This document shows positions 12,240 through 24,785 of a stretch of 60,000 nt of DNA, in pieces; position 1 is the stretch's first letter, and each line of letters opens with the position of its first letter. The stretch is from Lytechinus pictus. Its lineage: Eukaryota. Under the pieces are notes generated by a model. That model ran no database searches and was not told where the DNA came from. It saw only the letters and a list, made by a program, of their open reading frames with translations. The stretch lies in assembly GCF_037042905.1 (NCBI RefSeq), contig NC_087246.1, forward strand, positions 7,938,001 through 7,998,000, read 5' to 3'. Both the position numbers and the translations under genes were made by a program.

Positions 12240-13185
12240 CATGTATTGATGGTGCAAAGAGTTCATCCCCTAGTATAAAGCATTTTACTTTGTCTTTACT
12301 AGGTAGTCTTTTTCTATACCCTCACAAACTCGACCGTAAAGTTAGTAAACGCATAGCTTTCCTAACGAAATATAGATCTAGAATAGATAGGCCTACCCTT
12401 TTTCAGTATTGTCATCGACAACCTTATTTACACATGTACGTAACGTGCCCCTGCCATGATCTAGGAAGAGATCCTCTATAGTTTTACAAGCTTCTTTGAC
12501 TTTTCCATGCATGATGTCGATATCCACTCGACTCATTAATCAGTAGAGGTGCCGGTCCAATATTTGGGATTGTCCCAGAAAACAAGGATATCCTCATAAA
12601 CAGAGACAAATCATGTCTTGATAAATTGGGATTGTCTTTGTTTATGGGGACAGTTTTTTTTTTCACTTTTCCCTGCAGGACACAAGACAGCAATCACGGG
12701 GATCGAGTGCTAAAAAAAGATTCAGTGACCTCAATTCCCCCTCAGTTCACCGTCTATTGACTAGCGCACTTGATTAGTGTCAGCACTTGACAGGTGAGTG
12801 AACTTTCCTTTAGATTTCTTGTGTGGAGAAATCTTTGAAAACTGAGACGGTCCCTGTAAACTTGGACGATCCCAATTTTCTGACCAGCACCTCTAATACA
12901 AATGGTTTATTGCCATTTCGTCTACTGCCATTTTTTCCACTCACCACAAGTTCTTATGTCATTTCGTCTACCACCAGACCATTATCCACATCGTCCAATT
13001 ACCATTTTGTCTGACAGCCAGTTGGTCTAATAACCATTTCATCTATTATTATTTGGTCTAATTGCATTATTTTGCCAATTGGTCCAATAGTCACTTTGTC
13101 CATTTTCATTACGTCTATTACTATTTAGTCCAATTAGCCAACTGGTCTCGAGGCAAATGGTCTAATGACCACTTAGTCTACATGT

Positions 13186-13835
13186 ACTTTCATTTTGTAC
13201 TTTCATTTTGTTCATTTCAAGTTTCATTTATTTCTCCTCAAGAGATCAAGATAAAAATACATAAAAAATAACAATGTAAATACAATGAACATCAAATTTA
13301 AAGAAATGAGGAAGGTAATGACCAAAAAGGAAGAAACCTTGTGTGAGGCCAACCCATAACAAAAATTGTACAGTACTTAAAGAAATATTGAAAACATCAT
13401 ATAATCACAAATTCAATGAGAAAAAAAAACAAAAAACATAACAAACAAACAGACTTCTTACTAAACCTTCACCGAATGAGAATAGGGGGGGGGGGAGAAC
13501 CAAGAATAAATCTAAGACTTAGACAATAAAAATGTTTTGTATTTCCTTTTAAAAACAGATACCGAAGGGCTTGATTGAATATCAGAAGGGATTGAGTTCC
13601 AAATAACTGGTCCTTGATAAAATATACTGTTTTTGAAGATGGAAGTACTGCACTGTGGAATATGGATATTTTGGGCATTTCTTGTTGAATAAGTATGTAC
13701 AGATGTGTTTAATAAAAAATAATTCTTAAGGGAATTAGGCAAGAGATCCTTTTTATAGAAAAACATGAAAAGTGCAATATTCATTCTATTCAAATCCATT
13801 ATATTCAAAATTTTCAAAGATGTAAACAATAACAC
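13186..13835 (-). mobile_element. 5'-truncated LINE (CR1/L2-group) 3' end: ORF2 C-terminus, 3' UTR and tail
   Basis: ORF 13512-13835 reads HTYSTRNAQNIHIP...SIFYQGPVIWNSIP...SVFKRKYK, a typical CR1/L2-group ORF2 C-terminus. It is followed by a UTR, AATAAA and an (AAATG/TGAAA)-like tandem tail. Confidence 0.8.
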
Positions 13836-14105
13836 AAATATCTGATGATAGGCCTAGTTATCATCATGATTTCTTAAATCATTTTTTATCTTCAATAATT
13901 TTAAGGTATAATTAAGAAGTCATTTTGCCACCCCCACTCGGATAATGCAACGTATTAAAGACAAAATGGCTATTGGACCAATTGGCTATTAGACTAAATG
14001 ACTATTGGACGATTTGTGAATTGGACGAAATTAGACGATTTGGTTGTTAGACGAACCAATTATTGACCTAATGGGTGGTGGACCGAATGATAGACGAAAT
14101 GGCAA

Positions 14106-14750
14106 CTTCCATTGACAAGTGGATACCATGCGCGACCAAAGAAACACATAAAATTGGTATCTTTTTCAAGATTGGGCACGTTACGTATGTAACGTAATAA
14201 GGGTGTCAAAAATACTGAAATAGGCCTACTGAAAAAGGGTATATATTTTGCAAGGTAATTTAAGCTACATGTTTACGGTCCAGTCACGCCGGCCTGCGAT
14301 GCAATGTTCGTGATTTGATTTTTTTTTACCTGCAAGTAAGTTAGTCATGAAATCTCTAGAAGTGATCAACTTGATATCTCATCCCATTTTTATGGAATCA
14401 AGTCAAATACAAAGTTAATTGCAAACTTACTCATCACGCCATTAGTTATTTGTTTATGTGCTTCTCTGATGTAATTGTTACTCAAATGTGCATACATGTA
14501 CACCTACTAGAAAAGGATTGCTGGGCTGTTTAACTATTGCTGTACTTGTTAAGGTGGTCAAATTAAGGGAATGCTTGTCAAGGGTACCATTTTGTTTTAA
14601 ATACTTGTTAAGGGTATAGGGTTTCACATGCAAATACTTAAGGGGTGCATTTTCAGAAGATAGAAAATACTTGTTTAGTTTTTTTTTCGAAAACTCATGT
14701 TCACGCATGGCATCCACTCGTCAATGGAAGTGCCCCCCCCCCCCCCCCCC
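14106..14750 (-). mobile_element. Inverted, internally rearranged copy of the CCCGGG-terminal MITE
   Basis: ACTTCCATTGACAAGTGGATACCATGCGCG...CGCATGGCATCCACTCGTCAATGGAAGTGCCCC. Confidence 0.7.
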
Positions 14751-14933
14751 GCGGCCAAGTTGATTTTAAGCAAGTTGACGATTTGGATATTGGACCAACT
14801 GATATTAGCGGACATGGCTATTGGACTAAATGAACATTGGACAAACTGATTAATGGATGAGTTGGCATTAGCCTAAATGGAATTAGATGTAAATGGGTGG
14901 TAGACGAAATGATTATAAAAGTTAGACGAACTG

Positions 14934-15490
14934 CCCGGGGGGGGGGGGGGGGGGCCACTTCCATTGACAAGTGGATACCATGCGCGACCATGGGGTCCCG
15001 AAAAGCACCCTAAACAAGTATTTTCCATATTCTGAAATTGCACCCCTTAACAAGTATTGGCGTGTGAAACCCTACCCTTAACAATTATTGGAAACAAAAC
15101 GATACCCTTGGCAAGTATTCCCTGAATTGAACCCCTAAACAAGTACAGCGATATTTTAATGTCACGGACGTCGGTTTTACATTTACCTACATCATTGGGC
15201 TTGGTACGGCCACACCTCGCCCAAATCAGACTCTAAACACGTAGTGTTGACCGTTGGGCAAAAAGTACATCCTTTATATAATATTTTAGTCTTTTTACCG
15301 TCGTAAATTTGATCCTAAACATGTATTTTTCCTTGCGAAATAGATACCCTTTTTTCATTATTTTAGTGTTTTTGACACCCTCATTACATTACGTACGTAA
15401 CGTGCCCCATCTTGAAAAAGACATCCTTTTAACGTGTTTTTTTGGTCGCGCATGGTATCCACTCGTCAATGTAAGTGCCCCCCCCCCGGG
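14934..15490 (+). mobile_element. Complete MITE with CCCGGG termini and an 8-bp TSD (hAT-like)
   Basis: TIR CCCGGG(G)n CACTT.CATTGAC.AGTGGATACCATGCGCGACC; perfect TSD ACGAACTG at 14926-14933 and 15491-15498. Confidence 0.9.
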
Positions 15491-15781
15491 ACGAACTGAT
15501 GATTAGACGAAATGGGTGTTAGACAAAATGTTGGACGGAATCGCATTAGAGTTTAGACAAAATGAAGGTAGACAATGCATGTGGTGAGTGGATGGGATGG
15601 CAGTAGACAAATTGGCAATCTACCCCTCTGCTCTAACTAACATTAGACAATGGAAGTGCCCCCCCCCCCCCACCCAGCCAAGGTGGCTGCTTCGCTTCGG
15701 CGGTCTGATGTTTAAAAAAAATGACTAGACCTTAAGTTATGATTATGTAAAAATGTATGGCTATGGTCTATGGATGCTTAC

Positions 15782-16149
15782 TTCAAAGGTGGAAGGGCTG
15801 CTGCAGCACTCTCATTTTCAAGAAGCAACCTCATTTGTTCTTGTCTATATATATCTGGGACACTCGTCAGTTCAGACCTTGCACGTTCATTTATTATTGA
15901 CTGCACACGTTCAATCGCTGCGGCGTTCGTATTGGGCGGGTGGGAGTGGGGATTCTTCTCCTCGGGCTCGCCGTAGCCTTCCGGGCCCGAGGCCGAAACT
16001 GCGGCGGCTAGTGTGACGAGTGTGCCTGAACAGGTTTTCCGGTTTCTGCATCTCCAATAAATCATTCCCCTCGCTCTGTTCCGTTCTGTATAAGTGTATC
16101 CACGAAAAGAAACACAGAATTTCCCACGTCTTGTCTTAAAAATTTCCAT
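15782..16149 (-). CDS. FLYWCH/WRKY-type zinc-finger exon resembling the N-terminus of a Mutator (MULE) transposase; probably a relic
   Basis: The ORF has GYTY...IYWRC(x5)C...HSHPP followed by a helical segment. The apparent stop coincides with a splice donor (AA|GTAAGC at 15781). No downstream DDE exon was recognised. Confidence 0.7.
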
Positions 16150-16639
16150 GTTATCAATTCGATAAGAAATCTAACATATATTTGAAAGGCCCGCTTGGAT
16201 TTTGGCTTTGTTTCTTCCAACAGAGATCACATCGGTCAAAGGCGCTATGAGCAAAGAGGGGTTATCTACAATGTTTTATGCACGTGAAATATAATAAGAC
16301 TGTTAGGTTGATGTAGCACAACCTTGTTTTTCTCTTTTCATAAATCTCAAAGCATAAGTCACTCTTTGATATTTCAATTATTTGTATTCCTAGTGTAAAA
16401 CAATATGGGTTGTTCACTGACTCAATTCAGCTATGTTCGATTAACATTTCACGTCACATAACAGCACAACGCCTAGGCATGCCCACAGACCCAAATTTCG
16501 AAAGTCTGCGGAGTAAAGCGTCTTTTTGGACCTCGTCCGTTTTGCTTTCCATCCAAAGCCAAAAAGGTTCATTTCCGATTCGTCTAAAGCCAATTCGTCC
16601 AATTGCCAACTCGTCTATTGGTCTACCATCACCCAGGTA

Positions 16640-17875
16640 AAAAAACCAGTTGAAACCAGTTGAAATTTTAACTGGTTTCAACTGGAGTCAACTGGTACCA
16701 GTTGAAACCAATTGGCACAACTGGTAAACTCCCACCATGCCAGTATATTCCAGTTGAAACCCATTGTCTCAACTGGACATGCTGAAAACATACAAGTTTA
16801 TTCCAGTTGAAACCAATTAACTATACTGGTATAAATTAGTACACCAGTTAATACCAGTTAAAACCAATAGGCCTTTCTGGTTTATCTACCAATAGATTCC
16901 AGTTTAAAACCCATTAGCCAAACTGGACCATTTGATGCCAGTTAGAACCCATAGAAACCCAATGGGTGTATATACCAGTTAATGCCACCTTAAACCCATA
17001 AACCATACTGGTATATCATTAAACCAATTGATACCAGTTAGAACCAACATGCATTACTGGTATACCTACCAGTTGATTCCAGTTAAAACCCATAAACCAA
17101 ACTGGATCAGAGTGTTCCAGTTGGAACCCATAGACCTCCCATAACCCCACTTGAAACCCATTAACCATACTGGAATATCAAACCAATGGATACCAGTTAG
17201 AACCAATATAGGCATTACTGGCATATCTACCAGCTGATTCCAGTTAAAAGCCATAAACCATACTGGAGCAGATTATACCAGTTGGAACCCATAGACCTCC
17301 CATAACCCACTTGAAACCCATTAACCATACTGGAATTTCAAACCAATTGATACCAGTTAAACCAGCATACATTACTGGTATACTACCAGTTGATTCCAGT
17401 TAAAACCCATAAACCAAACTGGAACATATTTTACCAGTTGGAACCCATAGACCTCCCATAACCCACTTGAAACCCATTAACCATACTGGAATATCAAACC
17501 AATTGATACCAGTTAAAATCAACATACATTACTGGTATACTACCAGTTGATTCCAGTTAAAACCCATAAATCAATTAAACTGGGACATATTTTACCAGTT
17601 GGAACCCATAGACCTCCCATAACCCACTTGAAACCCATTTACCATACTGGAATATCAAACCAATTGATACCAGTTAGAACCAATAGGCATTACCAGTATA
17701 TATCTACCAGCTGATTTCAGTTAAAACCCATAAACCAAACTGGAACAGATTATACCAGTTGGAACCCATAGGCCACCCATAACCCACTTGAAACCCATTA
17801 ACCATACTGGAATATCAAACCAAATGATACCAGTTAGAACCAATAGGACTTACCAGTTGATTCTAGTAAGAACCC
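16640..17875. repeat. Left subterminal CCAGTT-rich array with a ~160-bp higher-order unit
   Basis: CCAGTTGGAACCCATAG recurs at about 17117, 17278, 17434, 17595 and 17755. Confidence 0.9.
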
Positions 17876-19339
17876 GTATATACATATATAATATATACAT
17901 ATATATATATATGTATATTAGAGGCATAGTGGTAATGCATTGTACTTATTTCCAACAGAGTTTATATATATATATATATATATATTATATAAGAACTATG
18001 TTTTCATACCTTTGTTGTTTTATTTGTCGCTTCTCTTAAACTGACTTTTGAAATATTTTTGTAATTGTTGATATCTGCAGTAATCATTCAAATTTCTTAT
18101 CCGACAAGTCACCGGCTCAATATAGCTGTAACCCACTTTACATTAATATTTATATTTTTTGTACAGATCATATTACTTCAAAGTCCTCTTATCTTTGTTT
18201 TTAATTCCTTTTGAGATAATTCTTTATGATTATCATTCATGAATGTGTTTCCTATAACTATTATTATTGTTACCATCAACAAAGCGTTACTTTTCTTAAA
18301 AAAAAGCAAGTATTATTTCATACAATCCACATGTATTGTTATTCATTCAACATTGGTTAAATATATATTTATGTGAAAATGTTCATTATATATATGTTAA
18401 AGGTATATACATTTAGCCTACTCCCAACCTTTGCCCGTTCCTGCTTTTGACATTACCCCCCCCCCCTCCCTGTATACTTTTCTTTTTGTATCCCCTTTCC
18501 AATATTATACATTAGTATACTTTGTTATTTTTTTGTTGCTTATTTGTTTACTGAAATTTTGCTCTGTACAAATTCATGTAATTCAGCCTTTTACCACGAT
18601 AAATGCCATGCATTTATCCATCCTATACACAGCTCGATTGAGGATAAGAGGAAAAAAATATCTACATAATAACTAACTTAATTATTCTTTATGTTAATTT
18701 TAATATTTCCACCTTGAAAAGTTTCATTAAAGTATGTGGTTCGATATTACCATATAACTTAAATCGAAACATGGTATTCTCAGTGAAATTTTCTAGTTTA
18801 CATTAAAAAAATTGTTATCCTAGATATATTTTTGTTGCGAGAAAAAAATTTCTTCCTATTTAATCCCTTTTTTCTAATTTAAGTTAAAGAGGACTATTTT
18901 ACACTATTTTTACAAATCACATAAAAATTAATGTATTTTTCTTTTTTTAACTCACTGATATTTTAAAAAATATTTTTGAAGGTGAATAGAATAGCTATTT
19001 TTTTCTATTTATAACGCGCATATTTATTGCTAGTTTACAACCTTGCCATGTTAAGCAAGGCTATCTTTATCTTTCAAATAAAAAGAAAATAAATAAAATA
19101 GAAATAAAGAACAATTAAATATTAAGCTAATTCATTCTTAAACTTTCAAAGAAAAAAAAAAGCTCCAAAAGCAGAGGCAAAAATCGTCATTTCTTGACTG
19201 GTTGCCAACCAAAACCAAACAAGAAGAAATTTGTATGTTAAGAAGTTCGTATTTCTATTTTAAAACTTCTTTCTTGCTTTAGACCCCCTCCCCCCCCCCC
19301 CCCCCCTTCGTTATTCCTGACTCAGATCTTCCTTCAATC

Positions 19340-19619
19340 ACCGGGCGCGGGCGGGCCTGCGCATGCGCACTGAGTGCCACTGATCGCTATTATGCAAATT
19401 AACCAGCGCCGCCAAACGCAAACCGCCAATCTAATTTGAATTTGAAAGAGCCATCTTCGCCGCGCCGTTAATTTGCACCGCACTTTTATCGAGTGCTAGT
19501 GCGATAAAGAAGGGTAAAGAAGGCCGTTTTAATAATAATTCAACCACTGAAATCACACGGACCAGATTTGGACAATGACTTGAAAGCTAAGACATTCGCA
19601 GTAGGCTCTACAGGTAAGT
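19340..19619 (+). promoter_or_regulatory. GC-rich promoter-like island and putative first-exon donor inside the 8-kb element
   Basis: GC box, TGCGCATGCGCA (19358-19369), ATGCAAAT (19392), CCAAT (19426), TTTGAATTTGAA (19435-19446), GCCATCTT (19450) and a perfect donor CAG|GTAAGT at 19613. Confidence 0.6.
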
Positions 19620-20176
19620 TAACAATTTTCTATGATTTTCTTTTCGTAGTTTGTTAAATGGCGCGGCTCGCAGCTAGCTGCGGGGCTAGCTGTAACGTTA
19701 GAGTTCGTCAGGACATCCTGTTACTGCCCCTCAGCGCTGCCTGCCGGCCGCGACTAGCCGGGCGTGGATGTGTGGCTGCCATGCCGGTGCAAGTCTGCGC
19801 ACATACATCATATTGACCTTACGATTTGTGTTAAGAATTAACATGAATTTCTTTTTATTTCACAAAATCTTTCAGTTGATATTGTTCCATATATTGTTAT
19901 AAGTAAATGAGAGAGATATGTGATCGAATGTGAAACTGATTTTCTTTGTCTTGGAAAAAATCTGAGACTCAGCCAGTTATGATTTTCAATTTCAGATTTA
20001 ACATTATGATAGTGGCCAGCGCCTCGTGTCTGCGCACCAATCACTTTACACACGATTTGAGGATTTTGATGAGATTTTGAAATGCCGAAAATCGAAATTC
20101 ATTATTTTTTCCACCATTTTAAGAGTCTGATTTTTTCATGAATAGCTGTTTATCACTTTTTGACTGTGTATTTCAG

Positions 20177-20354
20177 GAGAGAGGGAGACCCAAAACCACC
20201 TGGAGTCATGCATACTGAGCCTCGAGGAGGAGATGAAGTCAGTGAACATGACCTGGGGTACCGGTAGTTTCCAGAAGAAGGCCCAGCTCAGAACCGCCAG
20301 GACTCAGGAGTGGAGATCCGAATACTTCGTTGCTGCCCTCCATATGAGGAGGCT
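20177..20354 (+). mobile_element. RTE-type LINE 3' fragment bounded by splice sites
   Basis: Encodes (with a frameshift) RGRPKTTW...EEEMKSVNMTWG...KKAQ...EWRS..VAALH, resembling RTE ORF C-termini. Preceded by TTTCAG and followed by GTAAGT. Confidence 0.65.
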
Positions 20355-20734
20355 GTAAGTTAGGTAATTCAGATGTCAAGTTTTCTTTTGGGGTCTTTGT
20401 GTATCTTCTATTATGAGAATTATGGAAAAGAGATGGTGATTTAATGGTTTTAAAGATGTAAAATATGAAATTCTAGCACTTTTTTTAGGCCTAATATGAG
20501 TTCGGACACCCTACTTATAATTTTTTTTTGAGGAGCGCGATATTTTTGTACATGACCCAAGCCTAGTTTCACCACAGATTAATTAATAGCTACACAGCTG
20601 TTGCATTTACAATTTTAATAACAATCTACAACAATTGAGCATTTTATAAAATTGAGTGTGTCTAGGAAAGCAAATTCGGAGGCATAAGGAGAGCCATTTA
20701 TTGAGCTCCATGGAATTATAAACATGAAGGACTG

Positions 20735-23491
20735 ATCTCTGCGACATCGATTTCAGAAGTATTCCCAAGACCAAGTGAACTTACTCATTTTTTAAATAAA
20801 TATGATGATGTGCTGTTTATCATTATAGTTGAATCATTGATTCACGATCCCATGTATTTTTCTTAATGTGCAAATGGAATTTTACAACACTCTGTAGTAA
20901 CCCTTGCCCGCCTTAGGCAACTTGCCTTAGGTGTAGACATGTATTGCTATTCACTGTAATATAGACGTATTTTTATTCACTGTTCACTGTACTGATTATT
21001 TTTCTCTCCATTGTTTTAAAAAAAATTATTCAGATACATCGCATCTACCAGCAAAGAACGTGTGCCAGTACAGGGAAGGAATGTACCTGTCGCACGTGAA
21101 CTCTTCAGAGGCAGTGAGGACAACAAGATCTGCAAGCAAGTGATCCTTTTTGTAAGAAAATTTCCAATTTGTACATTTCACAATTAATTTTTTTTAAAGC
21201 CTTTGTACACATTTAGAGTATCAAGGCTTAATACAAAATGTAAAAATTAAATGTTTGCCCAAAAATCATTATGGGAAAGGTGGATTTCCGAGGAAAAATC
21301 AAATCTATCTTTGTTTACACAGTTGTACGAGCAACCTTATAGGAGGCTTGTCTAGGCTCCGTGATGAAAATACAATGTAAAAATTGATTCACAATCCCAT
21401 GTATTTTTCTTAAAGTGCAAATGGAATTTTACAACACTCTGTAGTAACCCTTGCCCGCATTAGGTGTAGACATGTATTGCTATTCACTGTAATATATACG
21501 TATTTGTTATTCGCTGTTGTTCACTGTACTGATTATTTTTCTCTCCATTGTTTTTGAAAAAAATTCTTCAGATACATCGCATCTACCAGCAAAGAATGTG
21601 TGCCAGTAGAGGAAAGGAATGTACCTGTCACACGTGAACTCTTCAGAGGCAGTGAGGACAAGATCTGCAAGCAAGTGATCCTTTTTGTAAGAAAATTTCC
21701 AATTTGTACATTTTACAATTAATTTTTTTTTAAGCCTTTGTACACATTTAGAGTATCAAGGCTTACAAAATGTAAAAATTTAATGTTTGCCCAAAAATCA
21801 TTATGTGAAAGGTGGATTTCCGAGGGAAATCTATCTTTGTTTACACAGTTGTATGAGCAACCTTATAGGAGGCTTGTCTAGGCTCTGTGATGAAAATACA
21901 ATGTAAAAATGATAAAATTATCTTCATGGAGTCCTCTAGGCTAGCCAGTGACATGGGCCCATGCCCATCAATTTTAATTCATGCTTTTGCATAACCAAAT
22001 GGCGTGAATTTGGAACTGGAAGTATAATTTCAGATTGACCTCCGAAATGAAACGTGCACAATTAGTCTGAACTAAAATAAAATTTCCTGAATTTTTTCTT
22101 AAATCTGGAGGCTGAAGTATTTTCTTATCTTTGAAATTAAATTGGTTCTCGTTGTTTTTTACCTCTGACTTACCAATATGTGTGGGGGTACCGTAGAAGT
22201 AGAATTAAAGGGATGGTCCAGGCTGGAAACATATCTCAATAAATAGAGTAAAATTCACAGAGCAAAATGCTGAAAACTTGATCAAAATTTGATAACTAAT
22301 TAAGGTTTTGAATTTTAAAGATTTGCATTATTCCGGTGAAATAGTTCTAGGCATGTCTTTATGAATATTCATTAGGTTGGCTGATGATGTCATATCCCAA
22401 TTGCCCTTTTGTATTTTATTATATGAGATTAGGTTTATTAAGATATTTTTAACCAAGAACTATTGACAATTGGATTGACAACTGATTAGGTGCATTAGTT
22501 ATTGACGCAACTTATTTCATTACAATGGAGACGCATCATTTACACATGTATGAAAAAATCAAACATTTATGATTTCATCTAGTAACATAAAAAAAAGGAA
22601 AGTGGAGATGTGACATCAGCCCACCTAATGAATATTCATGACGAAGTGCATACAACTGTTTTCACAAAATATTGATAAACTTTAAAATTCAATAACTTCT
22701 TGTTATCCTATTTTGATGAAATTTTCATCATTTTGCTCTGTGAATTTTACTCAAGTATTATTTAGATGTAAATATTTTCGGCCCGGACCATCCCTTTAAT
22801 CCTCGGATAAAATTTTGTATTTCATTTTTTTTTTTGCTTTGTCTTGCGTTTTTAAACATGTTCTGGGAACTGCTTTTTGAAAGTTGTCAGCATTAACAAG
22901 TTGTCTTTTTCCGACAGTTACCATAGTAACAGTCAGAGGCCAGTGCTTCTCAGCCAATCAAAAGCAATGATTTCACTGAAATAGTCGGCACTGACAATCA
23001 TGAAATACCCATCAGATGTTAGCAGATAATGTGCAACATAGACTCCTAGATACATATATGCAAACATACATAGTCTAAGTCTTTATTATTAAAATAAATG
23101 TATAGGTAAAAGGTCGAGGCAATTTCATCTCTGCGATGTCAATTTCAGAAGTATTCCCAAGACCATGTGAACTTACTATACATGTTGTAATAAAAATGAT
23201 GATGTGCTGTCTATCATTTATAATTGAATCATTGAAATATGGAACTTAGAGAAGTTTCACTATCCCATGTATTTTCTTTATGTGCAGATATAATTTTACA
23301 CCACTGAAATTTTGTATTACGGTATTCACTGTACTTATTATTTTTCATTCCATTGGTTTTTTTTTCTAATCTTCAGATACATCGCATCTACCAGCAAAGA
23401 TCAAGTGCCACTACAGGAAAGGAAGGTACCTGTTTCACGTTTCCTCTTCAGAGCCAGTGAGGGCCCCAAGATCTCAATAAATAATAATTAA
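20735..23491 (+). repeat. Triplicated intron-exon-like module
   Basis: ~546-bp tandem duplication (20837/21383) plus a diverged third copy at about 23125-23490. Each contains TTCAG|ATACATCGCATCTACCAGCAAAGA. Confidence 0.85.
22205..22799. mobile_element. Complete TTAA-flanked (Kolobok-like) MITE nested in the 8-kb element
   Basis: TTAAAGGGATGGTCC...GGACCATCCCTTTAA. Confidence 0.9.
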
Positions 23492-24154
23492 AAAAAGACT
23501 CCTTTATCATTCCTTTAAAAATAGTACATATTATTTATTGAAGGTAAATGCTTAGATGCATTATATTCAAATTTTGTCTCCAAGCTAGCATGTAAAAATT
23601 GGATTGACTACATATTTACTGTGTAAGTTAATGATCTTTGTTGACACATAATACAAGAATTATACACAGCATGTTACAGTTTGTAACATAATTTTCTTTC
23701 ATTAAATTCCTAGTTTAAATACCATATAGATGTTTTTTGTGACTTTTGTCATTCTCTGATGTTTTTTGGTACAGATTTCAAGAGACTGAGGGATTGATTT
23801 ACCAGAGCAAGTTTACAGTCCAATCCTGTTATATTGTGCATGTGGAAATTAACAAGGTTTCAATACAATGCTACAAATTTACCTTGATTCATTTCATCAG
23901 TCCTATGTGCAAGGATAATTATTTCACTTGTCCATGCACATTGTTATAACAGGAGTGGACATTCAATGTAAAGATAATTGAAGATAATTTATAATTTAAA
24001 TAACCGCCTGAGAGGGGGGGGGGGTGTTGGTACCAATATTCTAATGTGTGTGTGCGCAAGGAAAACGAAGGAGTGATTATATGAGAAGAGTAAAAGATCG
24101 GGAATGTACATATCCACATGATTCATTTTTGTTTATGCTATACATTGCAGGGTG

Positions 24155-24785
24155 TTTCTAACTGGTACCACTTGACAATTTATGTTTCCAACTGGTGCTT
24201 CCAACTTGTTCTAACTGGCACCAGTTGACAACTGGTGTTTCCAACTGGTTTTAACTGGCACCAGTTGACAACTCATGTTTCCAACTGGTCCTAACTGGCA
24301 CCAGTTGACAATTGGTGTTTCCAACTGGTTTTAACTGGCACCAGTTGACACCTCATGTTTCCAACTGGTCCTAACTGGCACCAGTTGACAATTTGTGTTT
24401 CCAACTGGTTTTAACTGGCACCAGTTGACAACTCATGTTCCAACTGGTCCTAACTGGCACCAGTTTACAATTGGTGTTTCCAACTGGTTTTAACTGGCAC
24501 CAGTTGACAACTCATGTTTCCAACTGGTCCTAACTGGTACCAGTTAGGACCAGTTGTCAACTGGTACCAGTTGCTAACTGGTACCAGTTAGGACCAGTTG
24601 CCAACTGGTATTTCCAACTGGTACCAGTTACAATTTGTTAACTGGATTCCAGTTGATTCCAGTATTGGAATCAACTGGAATCCAGTTGATTCCAGTATTC
24701 CAATTTCCATATTGAATCCAGTTCGCTAACTGGAATCAACTGGTACCAGTACCAGTTGGATGAACTGGTCCTTAACTGGTTTTTT
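24155..24785. repeat. Right subterminal AACTGG-rich array with a 39-bp unit
   Basis: TGTTTCCAACTGGT..TAACTGGCACCAGTTGACA repeated in tandem with alternating variants. Confidence 0.9.

Larger units (their letters stand above)
11072..12452 (+). mobile_element. Interrupted copy of the CCCGGG-terminal MITE family
   Basis: Segments collinear with 14934-15490 are split by inserts at 11342-11744 and 11839-12239. Confidence 0.7.
12904..15624. mobile_element. TIR element with GTCTA/TAGAC subterminal repeats hosting nested insertions
   Basis: GGTTTATTGCCATTTCGTCTACTGCC pairs with GGCAGTAGACAAATTGGCAATCTACC. Contains the LINE fragment and two MITE copies. Confidence 0.65.

Noticed and set aside
16640..17875. 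CRISPR-like regular array (also 24155-24785 and 26580-28170)
   Set aside because: The context is eukaryotic, the spacers are homologous to each other, and there are no cas genes. These are transposon subterminal or minisatellite repeats.
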